Assembly: GCF_041248615.1 (NCBI RefSeq)
Contig: NZ_CP158426.1
DNA from: Escherichia coli
GTDB lineage: Bacteria > Pseudomonadota > Gammaproteobacteria > Enterobacterales > Enterobacteriaceae
Direction: 5' to 3' (one strand)
Length of the DNA: 64,000 bases
The notes below the pieces were generated by a model, which was given only the letters and a program-made list of their open reading frames with translations, was not told where the DNA came from and did no database searches. The position numbers and the translations under genes are program-made. Shown piece after piece: positions 1 through 10,524 of the stretch (position 1 is the stretch's first letter; each line of letters starts with the position of its first letter).

Positions 1-396
1 TTGTCCGTCAGCACTTATCACCCGCCATGTCTGTTGCAATAAATCCACCCGTTGCGAACATTCTTCATCAACCGTGGCACTGACCCGTGGATGGCAAATG
101 CTCGTCTGGCTGAGCAGCAACAGGCATCGCATTGTTGCTCCTCCATGTTGTTCCCGCAACCAGCGTAATACCACCGGTGGTGCTGGACTGGCCGTGTGAT
201 TACGTTCAGTAATACGCTCGTGCACCTGTCGGTAAAAGGAAGTACAGAATGCATGAATCTGTTGTCCGTTGATGTTTCCTTCTGCCGAATGGAGCGTGAA
301 GTGAAATGCCAACAGATTTGGCCAGTGGTCCACCGCCTGCTGAACAAAACGCCGGATTTCCCCCGGCGCTGAAAGTAAGGCTTCGGTTATTTGCAC
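1..396 (-). CDS. Inovirus Gp2 / YagK-YfjJ family protein, partial (3' end cut by window edge)
   Basis: This frame is absent from the ORF track because it runs off the window. Reverse translation reads ...VQITEALLSAPGEIRRFVQQAVDHWPNLLAFHFTLHSAEGNINGQQIHAFCTSFYRQVHERITERNHTASPAPPVVLRWLREQHGGATMRCLLLLSQ... It shows the same pattern (hydrophobic strand, then LRW/LRY..RE....H.H..LLL) as the 243-aa ORF at 1920-2651. The GTG start at 396 is a guess. Confidence 0.5.
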   Translation of the reverse strand, partial: MQITEALLSAPGEIRRFVQQAVDHWPNLLAFHFTLHSAEGNINGQQIHAFCTSFYRQVHERITERNHTASPAPPVVLRWLREQHGGATMRCLLLLSQTSICHPRVSATVDEECSQRVDLLQQTWRVISADGQ

Positions 397-673
397 TATT
401 TTATCCCCGTTGAATTTTGTTAAGCCGGTGCAGACCAGACACACGGAAAGCGCACATCGACACCGGCACGGTACGATACAAACACCAGTGACTGGCGGGA
501 CGAAGGGAATGACGAATCAGTCAGGAAATGATGACAAACAGTTGGCTGGCCAGAGGGTGCCAGCAGAAAGATGAGCGGGAGTTGTCAGCGCCAGCACCAG
601 GGACAGGGCTGATTTCCACAATACCAGCGCCGGCATTTCGCACATTGCCAGCGTACTGGCATTACAACACGTT

Positions 674-907
674 TCATGCTGCTGCTCCTCGTGATTCCTC
701 AATTCGCTGCTGCATCCACTGCTCCACTTCACTTTTGTACCAGCGGCTGCTGCGCCCCAGTTTGATGGGTTTAGGGAAATGACCTTCACTGATCAGCTTG
801 TAAAACCATTTATCGGTCATACCGGTGAAACTGGTGATGTAGTTCATGTCGATCAGGGGATCGTCGGCACGCAGCAATACGCTGTCGTGGCTTGTTGTGG
901 TCAACAT
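674..907 (-). CDS. AlpA-family (CP4-57 type) small DNA-binding regulator
   Basis: 77 aa. The stretch ...LIDMNYITSFTGMTDKWFYKLISEGHFPKPIKLGRSSRWYKSEVEQWM is the typical AlpA/Vis winged-helix signature. Confidence 0.8.
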   Translation of the reverse strand: MLTTTSHDSVLLRADDPLIDMNYITSFTGMTDKWFYKLISEGHFPKPIKLGRSSRWYKSEVEQWMQQRIEESRGAAA

Positions 908-930
908 GGTCAGAATGTCCTTTGTGAGAT

Positions 931-1581
931 TTATGAAGGTTGTGCAAATGCGGGGGAATCTGCTGAACTGTGCTTTCTGAGCTGGCCTGCTACGGGATAC
1001 CAGGGATTACCGGCGAGGTAACGGGCTTCCGGATCGCGCACACCACGACGATCGCGGGCGAAATCACTGAACGCCCATATCAACTCTTTGAGGATGTCTT
1101 CGCAGTCCGGTGAACGACTGTCCAGCACCACATCCCGTGTTATCTGTTTCTGGTACGGTGCCGCTTCACCCGGTGACGCGAAGCCCAGTACGTTGCTCCA
1201 GGCATCCAGAATCAGCCGGTCCAGTTCAGGGCCATCGAAATACTCCTGTCTGACGCACAGCACCACGTGGTATTCCGGCTTTTCAGGATGACGGGTTAGG
1301 ATCCAGCAGAGATCACGTCCGGGGGTTGCATTCATCAGCGCACTGACGGTTTCGATAAAATCCATGCCTAACCAGGTCTTTCTGCAACTGAAGGCGTTGT
1401 CATGTTCCCACGGCAGACGAAGCAGGATCCGCCGTACCCGGGAGCAGGACTGTTCACGCAGCGCACGATTGAGAACGCCGACGATTTTGTTCTGATAAGA
1501 TGGCCAGAAGGGTGCCATGCTATAGTCGAAATAAGGGATAGCATTCATAAGATATGCTCCATATGGAAACACACGACGCAT
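931..1581 (-). CDS. Gp2/YfjJ-like family protein (second paralogue)
   Basis: 216-aa ORF. The stretch ...VRRILLRLPWEHD...LCWILTRHPEKPEYHVVLCVRQEYF has the same architecture as the YagK/YfjJ-like ORF at 1920-2651. The true start may be the internal MNAIPYF (1548). Confidence 0.65.
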   Translation of the reverse strand: MRRVFPYGAYLMNAIPYFDYSMAPFWPSYQNKIVGVLNRALREQSCSRVRRILLRLPWEHDNAFSCRKTWLGMDFIETVSALMNATPGRDLCWILTRHPEKPEYHVVLCVRQEYFDGPELDRLILDAWSNVLGFASPGEAAPYQKQITRDVVLDSRSPDCEDILKELIWAFSDFARDRRGVRDPEARYLAGNPWYPVAGQLRKHSSADSPAFAQPS

Positions 1582-1919
1582 CCCCGCCAGCGAAAGACGA
1601 GCGTATGGTGAAACTGAAGGCGTCGTGTACTGAGGTTGTTGATGTGATAACCGTGGAACCGGGGATGGCAGATGTCGTATGCCAGGACAGTCAGGAGACC
1701 AGACAGGTGTAAAATTCCTGAGGTGGTGATCTCCGTTGACTTCGGTTCACATCATTAATCATCCCGGTAAGTTTTTACCGACGGATTGTTTCCAGGAGCG
1801 GAAGCAGATAAAAATACCGTTTCATGACTTCAGGGCGATTAGCAGAAAACGATCTAAGGGCGTTGGCTGACGCCCTTACCGTGACATACACTCTGGTACC
1901 GGATGCCGTTTTACAGGGC

Positions 1920-2651
1920 TCACCTGCCATCCAGCAGACGCCCCGGCCCACGACTGCAACCATAATTACGTTGCCCGGAACCGTCATGCTGCTTCGTCTC
2001 ATATTTCACGAGATAACTGGCTCTGTTCCGGGCTTTCTGCATCGCTTCCACATCACCACGCTTGACCCAGAGCACAGCGGATTCACCCGGCTTTTTGTCT
2101 GAAGCCTTCCTAGTTTCAGAACATCCACCCGACAAAGGCGTATCATCGGAAGAAGGGCGAGCATCAGATGATGTCGGTTTACGGAAAGGCGTCCGCCTGG
2201 AAAAATGAACCAGTCCATTACCCTGCCAGGGCTCAAGATGCAGAGCACTACACCATGCCAGTTGGATCAGCGTCGCCAGCGAAGAAGGAACGGTGAAATC
2301 CCCTGGCGAGCACCAGGTATCTTTGTTGAGCAGTAATATCACGTGATAATGTTTCCTGCCTTTTTCCTTGCCAAACTCCCGACACCAGAAATAACGCAGA
2401 GTGGTTGCACGCACACGCTTGTTGGCACGTCGTTTATGTCGCTGGTAAGCCTGAATTTTTGCTTTCAGGGATGCAAAAAAACGAGAAATCACCGCTGAAT
2501 CTAAATCGGTATCCATGATGGTGGCAGGCATATACTCAGGGAAACGTAAATCCACCCGGATTAACGAGACGGCACGGTGCTGCGCCAGGGCACTGTTGAG
2601 AATACTTTCAAAACGGGATAACCAGTAAGCATTGTGTATTGGTTGATTCAT
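1920..2651 (-). CDS. YagK/YfjJ (inovirus Gp2) family protein
   Basis: 243 aa. The stretch ...VSLIRVDLRFPEY...LRYFWCREFGKEKGRKHYHVILLLNKD... matches my memory of the YagK/YfjJ family found in CP4-6/CP4-57-type islands. Confidence 0.8.
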   Translation of the reverse strand: MNQPIHNAYWLSRFESILNSALAQHRAVSLIRVDLRFPEYMPATIMDTDLDSAVISRFFASLKAKIQAYQRHKRRANKRVRATTLRYFWCREFGKEKGRKHYHVILLLNKDTWCSPGDFTVPSSLATLIQLAWCSALHLEPWQGNGLVHFSRRTPFRKPTSSDARPSSDDTPLSGGCSETRKASDKKPGESAVLWVKRGDVEAMQKARNRASYLVKYETKQHDGSGQRNYGCSRGPGRLLDGR

Positions 2652-5080
2652 GATGAGAGATCTCCGTTGATTTGGATTGACTTCACATCATTAATCACTG
2701 CGGTAAAACTTTACGGCATCCCGCCATTGAGCAACGCCAATGGCTCCTGATTAAAACAGAATGAATCCCCCACGAAGAAAAAATAAACCTACACGCAGAG
2801 TAAAACACACAACAACGGCATAAATGTTTTTTAAAAACTACAAAGCCTGAAGGGAAACGGATCAACAGAACGCGCAAACAAAACGTCAGAAACGCAATCA
2901 GAACGCTTTCTGGCGCTGTAAATCAACAGCAACACCACACCTACAGCTTAACCACACAACTCAATCACAGAGCCGAACAGCGCGATTAAAACCTGTTTAC
3001 AGACACCCCCGCTCCAAGAACAAAAACCACCAACATCAGAATCGATTTTCTTATACTGAAAACGTTACTTTTAACTACGCTCCATAAAAACGGTTAACCA
3101 TCGATAACGTAAACCTCATCTGAATCAAAACACCAGAACCAATCATCACGCTTTTCCTGAAAAGAGTCTTGCGCTGAGAAAAAACACCAGGGCCAGTTAA
3201 TCATCTCATCAATCTCATCGTTACAAAATCATCCATAAAACCATTTAACAAAATCATCGTAAGCACACAGTAAATCACGCCAGGTTATCTCAGCCGGATT
3301 TGCGTTTTTACATAAAGACACTTGTCTCAGGTTAACGACTAAAAACACAAAAACTAAGAAAAGGTTAAACGTAACTTCAGAAAAATAGAATATCATCCTG
3401 ATTACTTAAACAGGAAAGATTGTTTTGTAGCAGCTTTAAACTGATTTTAGCTAACGTAAAGATTTACTAAACTGGATGTGTATCAGATCAAACAATGTGT
3501 ACAGCAATGCTTAATGAAAACACTTGTAGAATTGTTTATGAAAATGCGTGTATAACACTTAGTGAAGATATGTCTGTATAATACGTATATAATACGTATA
3601 TAGTACCATTCCCGACATTCTCAATATCTTCAGACATCCATGCAGACTGAGTGTTGATTTCAGTTTTTCACGGCCAGCATGGATCTTTACTGGTCAAAAA
3701 ACAGACAGGTTTACTCTGGAATTATTTTTCTGATTCCGTCTTCAGAACAACAAAAACTCGTGATAACTCTACAACAAACTATCGTAATTGGCTTCTGTAA
3801 CCCCGTCACTTTTCCTAAGAAACGTGCCCCCATATGATGCGGGAGAGATAAGTCATCGTATACAGGAAACACTGCCAATCATAATATGGCGTCATTCAGT
3901 AATTTTTATCCATAATCAGATTAGCATATCATGATTATTGAATATTATGATATATAGCTCATATGAATGTGTTATTATCTGTAAGCGTTAAGCATCACAT
4001 TGAATAACCATACTAAGCTGGCTAATCATCAACATTTTTATATGTAACTCATTGAAATTAATTATATGTTTTTTGTTGATAATTAATATGTAATGTGAAA
4101 TTAATATTTTTACATCATGAGCGCCATTTAAAATTACCATCCTGAATATCATATGACAATATATTTTCACTAAAGCATGAATTGTATATGTCTATTAACT
4201 CTGGAAAATTATCAGGATTCACCTTCAAATTCACTTGAATGTTACGCTTAATTTCACCCAGCAGTTCTTCATGTGTGGATTTTATTATCCCTTTCTCATA
4301 ATCGATAAATACACACATGTTCTTTATGAATTCAAAACCTTTTCCTGTATACAGTTTAATGAATGCCACCAGAGCAAACATTTCAAGATATAGCCATAAT
4401 GCCACGTTAGTTTTTTGTAAAGTATAAAAAATTGAATTCGCCACTCTTTTACTTATTGCTCTTTTATACTGTGATCGGGCAAGATTCAGTAGCGGAAGCT
4501 CTCGTTCAATAAATGAATGTGAAAAGACTGGATAAATTGATGTAGGAAACCTTTCAGGTCTTATGATATTTTCTATTTCCACCATAAATCTATCCATAGA
4601 AAGAAAGTCACTTTCTTTTTTTATTCTGGTATAGAGACCGCCTTTATTCCTTTCTGAGGTTTGTTTTCGTGCTATCCCCCCCAACACTTTCTCTAATTGT
4701 TTATTTATCTTCGTATAATTAAATACAACCATTCTTCTTATCATCCTCGGAAGGATAATAATATCAGTGCTTGAATCACTTGAGCGGCAATTATTATTTA
4801 TCCATGCAACTTCAAGTTGCAGTATCGGAACATTAACTTTTCTGGGGTGAATATCTCTCTGATATCGTTTTTTGTATGCGTTTTCATTAAGATATTCTCT
4901 GCTGTAGAGAAACTTATAGCAATATAATCTGATAATATCTTTTATGTAAAATTTAAATAGTTCACCTGTAACAGATATATGTTTTCTGCTAGACTGGCCC
5001 CATGAATCTCCAGACAACCAATATCACTTAAATAAGTGATAGTCTTAATACTAGTTTTTAGACTAGTCATTGGAGAGCAG

Positions 5081-5446
5081 ATGATTGATGTCTTAGGACC
5101 GGAGAAACGCAGACGGCGTACTACACAGGAAAAGATCGCTATTGTTCAGCAGAGTTTTGAACCGGGAATGAAGGTCTCCCTTGTTGCCCGGCAACACGGT
5201 GTGGCAGCCAGCCAGTTATTTCTCTGGCGCAAGCAATACCAGGAGGGAAGTCTTACTGCTGTGGCCGCAGGAGAGCAGGTCGTTCCTGCCTCTGAACTTG
5301 CTGCTGCCATGAAGCAGATTAAAGAACTCCAGCGCCTGCTCGGCAAAAAAACGATGGAAAATGAACTCCTTAAAGAAGCCGTTGAATACGGGCGTGCAAA
5401 AAAGTGGATAGCGCACGCGCCCTTATTGCCCGGGGATGGGGAGTAA
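5081..5446 (+). CDS. insC: IS2 OrfA (InsC)
   Basis: [29 protein letters not shown]... is the canonical IS2 InsC sequence. The track ORF begins earlier at an alternative start. Confidence 0.9.
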   Translation: MIDVLGPEKRRRRTTQEKIAIVQQSFEPGMKVSLVARQHGVAASQLFLWRKQYQEGSLTAVAAGEQVVPASELAAAMKQIKELQRLLGKKTMENELLKEAVEYGRAKKWIAHAPLLPGDGE

Positions 5447-6309
5447 GCTTAGTCAGCCGTTGTCTCCGGGTGTCGCGTGCGCAGTTGCACGTAATTCTCA
5501 GACGAACCGATGACTGGAAAGATGGTCGCCGCAGCCGTCACTCAGATGATACGGATGTGCTTCTCCGTATACACCATGTTATCGGAGAGCTGCCCACGTA
5601 TGGTTATCGTCGGGTATGGGCGCTGCTTCGCAGACAGGCCGAACTTGATGGTACGCCTGCGATCAATGCCAAACGTGTTTACCGGATCATGCGCCAGAAT
5701 GCGCTGTTGCTTGAGCGAAAAACCGCTGTACCGCCATCGAAACGGGCACATACTGGCAAAGTGGCCGTGAAAGAAAGCAATCAACGATGGTGCTCTGACG
5801 GGTTCGAGTTCCGCTGTGATAACGGAGAAAAACTGCGAGTCACGTTCGCGCTGGACTGCTGTGACCGTGAGGCACTGCACTGGGCAGTCACTACGGGCGG
5901 CTTCGACAGTGAAACAGTACAGGACGTCATGCTGGGAGCGGTGGAACGCCGCTTCGGCAACGAGCTTCCGGCGTCTCCAGTAGAGTGGCTGACGGATAAT
6001 GGTTCATGCTACCGGGCTAATGAAACACGGCAGTTTGCCCGGATATTGGGGCTTGAACCGAAGAACACGGCGGTGCGGAGTCCGGAGAGTAACGGCATAG
6101 CAGAGAGCTTCGTGAAAACGATAAAGCGTGACTACATCAGTATCATGCCTAAACCAGACGGGTTAACGGCAGCAAAGAACCTTGCAGAGGCGTTCGAGCA
6201 TTATAACGAATGGCATCCGCATAGTGCACTGGGTTATCGCTCGCCACGGGAATATCTGCGGCAGCAGGCCAGTAATGGGTTAAGTGATAACAGGTGTCTG
6301 GAAATATAG
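5404..6309 (+). CDS. insD: IS2 OrfB (InsD) transposase
   Basis: 301 aa with a DDE integrase-type core (...WCSDGFEF...WLTDNGSCY...NGIAESF...) and the canonical IS2 C-terminus ...[10 protein letters not shown]. Confidence 0.9.
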   Translation: MDSARALIARGWGVSLVSRCLRVSRAQLHVILRRTDDWKDGRRSRHSDDTDVLLRIHHVIGELPTYGYRRVWALLRRQAELDGTPAINAKRVYRIMRQNALLLERKTAVPPSKRAHTGKVAVKESNQRWCSDGFEFRCDNGEKLRVTFALDCCDREALHWAVTTGGFDSETVQDVMLGAVERRFGNELPASPVEWLTDNGSCYRANETRQFARILGLEPKNTAVRSPESNGIAESFVKTIKRDYISIMPKPDGLTAAKNLAEAFEHYNEWHPHSALGYRSPREYLRQQASNGLSDNRCLEI

Positions 6310-6774
6310 GGGCAAATCCATCTGCTCAGTAACTCCTGTGTATTAAGCCATTCCCGTGACCGAAGCACACCCTTGTGAAAACTTTTTCTTACTTGCTTTG
6401 AAGCACGCCATTGATGTAATATTTTTGCGTCCTCAATAATTCTCTTTCCCGTTTTATTTTTTGCAGCATCTCTTACTCTATAAAATATCTCCCAGTCCAG
6501 ACTTTTGTCATATCTACTAATTATACGACAAATATTCCTGACCCGACGATTCTCTTTATTTCGCTTCCATAGCTTATAATGATCATCGCATAACCTTAAG
6601 GCATTTGCCTCATCAAATTCTGAAACAGGATTACTGCATTTTTTATTCCGACAGATACCTTTGTTTTTAGCCATACTCTTCTTCCCGTCAATGGAAAAAT
6701 TTTCACACCCATATTACCTGAATGATAAACCGGATTAGTGTGATCCGGTTCAGTGAAATCAACAGGATACCGGT

Positions 6775-7659
6775 ATGCCATTCAGCAATTCTTCCCTCTC
6801 CGCGCAAGTGAAATCATATCTGACGTTTCTTCCTGAAGAAATTCGCCAGAAAATCCTTGAACATCTCCACGGTGTTATTCATTACGAGCCCGTGATTGGC
6901 ATTATGGGTAAATCCGGCACCGGCAAAAGCAGTCTGTGTAATGCCATTTTTCAGTCCCGTATCTGCGCCACGCATCCCCTGAACGGCTGCACCCGCCAGG
7001 CTCATCGCCTCACCCTGCAGATTGGTGAACGCAGAATGACGCTGGTCGATCTGCCCGGCATTGGTGAGACACCGCAGCATGATCAGGAATACCGGGAGCT
7101 TTACCGTCAGTTACTGCCGGAACTGGATCTGATTATCTGGATCCTGCGGGCTGATGAACGTGCGTATGCTGCCGATATTGCCATGCATCAGTTTTTACTG
7201 AATGAAGGTGCAGATCCCTCGCGTTTTCTGTTTGTTCTCAGCCATGCCGATCGCGTGTTTCCTGCTGAAGAATGGAATGCCACAGAAAAATGCCCATCCC
7301 GTCACCAGGAACTCTCACTGGCAACTGTTACAGCCAGGGTGGCAACCCTGTTCCCGTCATCATTTCCGGTACTCCCCGTTGCTGCGCCTGTCGGCTGGAA
7401 TCTTCCGGCGTTTGTGTCGCTGATGATCCACGCCCTGCCACCGCAGGCAACCAGTGCGGTTTATTCACATATCCGGGGGGAAAACCGCTCTGAACAGGCC
7501 CAGAAACACGCACAACAGACTTTTGGTGACGCCATCGGGAAAAGTTTTGACGACGCCGTTGCCCGGTTCACTTTTCCGGTCTGGATGTTACAGCTTCTGC
7601 GTAAAGCCCGGGACCGCATTATCCGCCTGCTGGAAACACTGTGGGATCGTCTGTTCTGA
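6775..7659 (+). CDS. YfjP/YeeP/YkfA-family GTPase (island-borne)
   Basis: 294 aa with P-loop GKSGTGKSS, DLPG (G3) and a later SHAD motif. This is the family typical of CP4-type cryptic prophages. Confidence 0.75.
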   Translation: MPFSNSSLSAQVKSYLTFLPEEIRQKILEHLHGVIHYEPVIGIMGKSGTGKSSLCNAIFQSRICATHPLNGCTRQAHRLTLQIGERRMTLVDLPGIGETPQHDQEYRELYRQLLPELDLIIWILRADERAYAADIAMHQFLLNEGADPSRFLFVLSHADRVFPAEEWNATEKCPSRHQELSLATVTARVATLFPSSFPVLPVAAPVGWNLPAFVSLMIHALPPQATSAVYSHIRGENRSEQAQKHAQQTFGDAIGKSFDDAVARFTFPVWMLQLLRKARDRIIRLLETLWDRLF

Positions 7660-7861
7660 CACACTCACGCCGACAGGATGTGTCGCTGGATTAACGAGTA
7701 TTCTTCTTTTTATGAAATCATCATTAAAAATCAGATAATTAAAGGAATATTTTTTCTGCTGCATTTTATTCCTGATTATTCAGATACGACACATCCTTTC
7801 AACACCATGAGGCATAATAACATCATGAAATAAAAGATGTTTTCTTACGGAGTACACATCT

Positions 7862-8542
7862 ATGTCTGATGATCGTTCCCGGCATGATCGTCTGGCGGTT
7901 CGCTTATCACTCATTATCAGCCGACTGATGGCCGGAGAATCTCTGTCACTAAAGACACTGTCAGATGAATTTGGCGTTACAGAACGTACTTTACAGCGCG
8001 ATTTTCATTAGCGTCTGGTTCACCTGGATTTAGAGTACAGAAATGGCAGGTACAGCCTCAGACGACAGAGCAGCCCAGGTGCGATCCCTGAAATGCTTTC
8101 TTTTATACAGAATACCGGGATCGCACGGATACTTCCGCTCCGGAACGGACGACTGATAACCTGTCTTACCGACAACCAGGAGCCCTCTCCCTGCCTTATC
8201 TGGCTACCGGCGCCGGATATCACTGCAACGTTCCCCGAGTGTTTCTCGCAACTCATCCTGGCAATAAGACAGTGTATCCACATCTCTCTGATGACTGAGC
8301 GATGGTATCCGTCACTGGAGCCCTGCCGGCTCATTTATTACAGCGGTAGCTGGTATCTGATCGCGTTACAGAAGGGAAAACTGCAGGTCTTTCCTCTGGC
8401 AGATATCAAATCAGTCAGCCTGACATCAGAACGGTTTGAACGGAGAGGCCACATCCACAGTCTGGTCGCTGAAGAGCGTTTTATCTCCGCCCTGCCACAT
8501 TTCTCTTTCATCCATAAACTTATCAACACCTTTAACCTGTGA
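7862..8542 (+). pseudogene. YfjR-like HTH + WYL-domain regulator interrupted by one in-frame TAG (8009-8011)
   Basis: ATG at 7862 gives [49 protein letters not shown]. The same frame continues to 8542 (the track ORF 8093-8542 is in frame) and contains ...LIYYSGSWYLIALQKGKLQVFPLADIKSV (WYL-like). Confidence 0.7.
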
Positions 8543-8689
8543 TCGCCGGCCTGCCAAAGCCGTCCCGACAGGTATGGAGACAATATGTTGAACAGAAAAC
8601 TAAATATACGGCTACGTCATTCCCTGAACAGTCACTGCATACCTTCCATCATTATCAATAACACCGTACGTTCATTTCAGAGGTCAGTC

Positions 8690-10239
<1,550 letters not shown>

Positions 10240-10244
10240 TAACG

Positions 10245-10420
10245 GCATTGCATAACCTTGCATAGGCGTTCGAGAATTACAATGAGAACCACCCGCATAG
10301 TGCGTTAGGTTATCTCTCACCACGGGAATATCGATGTCAGCGGATAACGTCACCTTAGATGTAGCAGTTGCCAAACAGTGACTCAAGGGCAGGCTTACCG
10401 CATACGCTGACACTTAGCTG
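10245..10420 (+). pseudogene. Degenerate 3' remnant of an IS2-like transposase
   Basis: gcataggcgttcgagaattacaatgagaaccacccgcatagtgcgttaggttatctctcaccacgggaatat parallels the IS2 orfB end at 6186-6260 (gcagaggcgttcgagcattataacgaatggcatccgcatagtgcactgggttatcgctcgccacgggaatat). It contains stops. Confidence 0.5.
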
Positions 10421-10479
10421 ATCGACAGAATATTATTAACAGTTCATCACTGAACGCTACATAATCAGAGTTGCATAAA

Positions 10480-10504
10480 TAAAATGTTATGTTATAACAT
10501 TTTA
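10480..10504. promoter_or_regulatory. Perfect 11-bp-arm palindrome upstream of the heme-receptor gene (candidate Fur-type operator)
   Basis: TAAAATGTTAT-gtt-ATAACATTTTA lies 20 bp upstream of the ATG at 10525. It is AT-rich and hexamer-like as in Fur boxes, but does not match the Fur consensus closely. Confidence 0.4.
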
Positions 10505-10524
10505 ATACCAACATATGTTTTCGA

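Larger units (their letters stand above)
4990..6320 (+). mobile_element. IS2 (1331 bp) with 5-bp target duplication TCTGC
   Basis: Ends are TAGACTGGCCCC... (4990) and ...ATATAGGGGCAAATCCA (6320). Length is exactly 1331 bp. TCTGC occurs at 4985-4989 and 6321-6325. The OrfA/OrfB translations are those of IS2. Confidence 0.95.
4115..6674 (-). pseudogene. AT-rich 407-codon gene of unknown function, split by IS2 (5' part 6321-6674, 3' part 4115-4989)
   Basis: The two track ORFs (6234-6674 and 4115-5017) both run into the IS2 ends. Removing IS2 and one copy of the 5-bp duplication TCTGC joins them in frame (...NTQELLSR|KHISVTGELF...). The N-terminus carries a Cys/His cluster (GICRNKKCSNPV...LCDDHYKLWKR). 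Confidence 0.8.

Noticed and set aside
18-347. 109-aa minus-strand track ORF at the window start
   Set aside because: It is Trp/Cys/Arg-rich nonsense. A different minus frame over the same DNA reads as a Gp2/YfjJ-like protein and runs off the window, so I annotated that frame instead.
528-1021. Plus-strand ORFs 528-782 and 779-1021 and minus-strand ORF 517-789
   Set aside because: They overlap the clearly recognisable alpA gene or the intergenic DNA around it. Their sequences are low-complexity and lack family resemblance.
8585-8689. N-terminal extension of the secreted-protein ORF (track start 8585)
   Set aside because: The internal ATG at 8690 is preceded by a purine-rich RBS and yields a canonical signal peptide. 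The extension has no such features.
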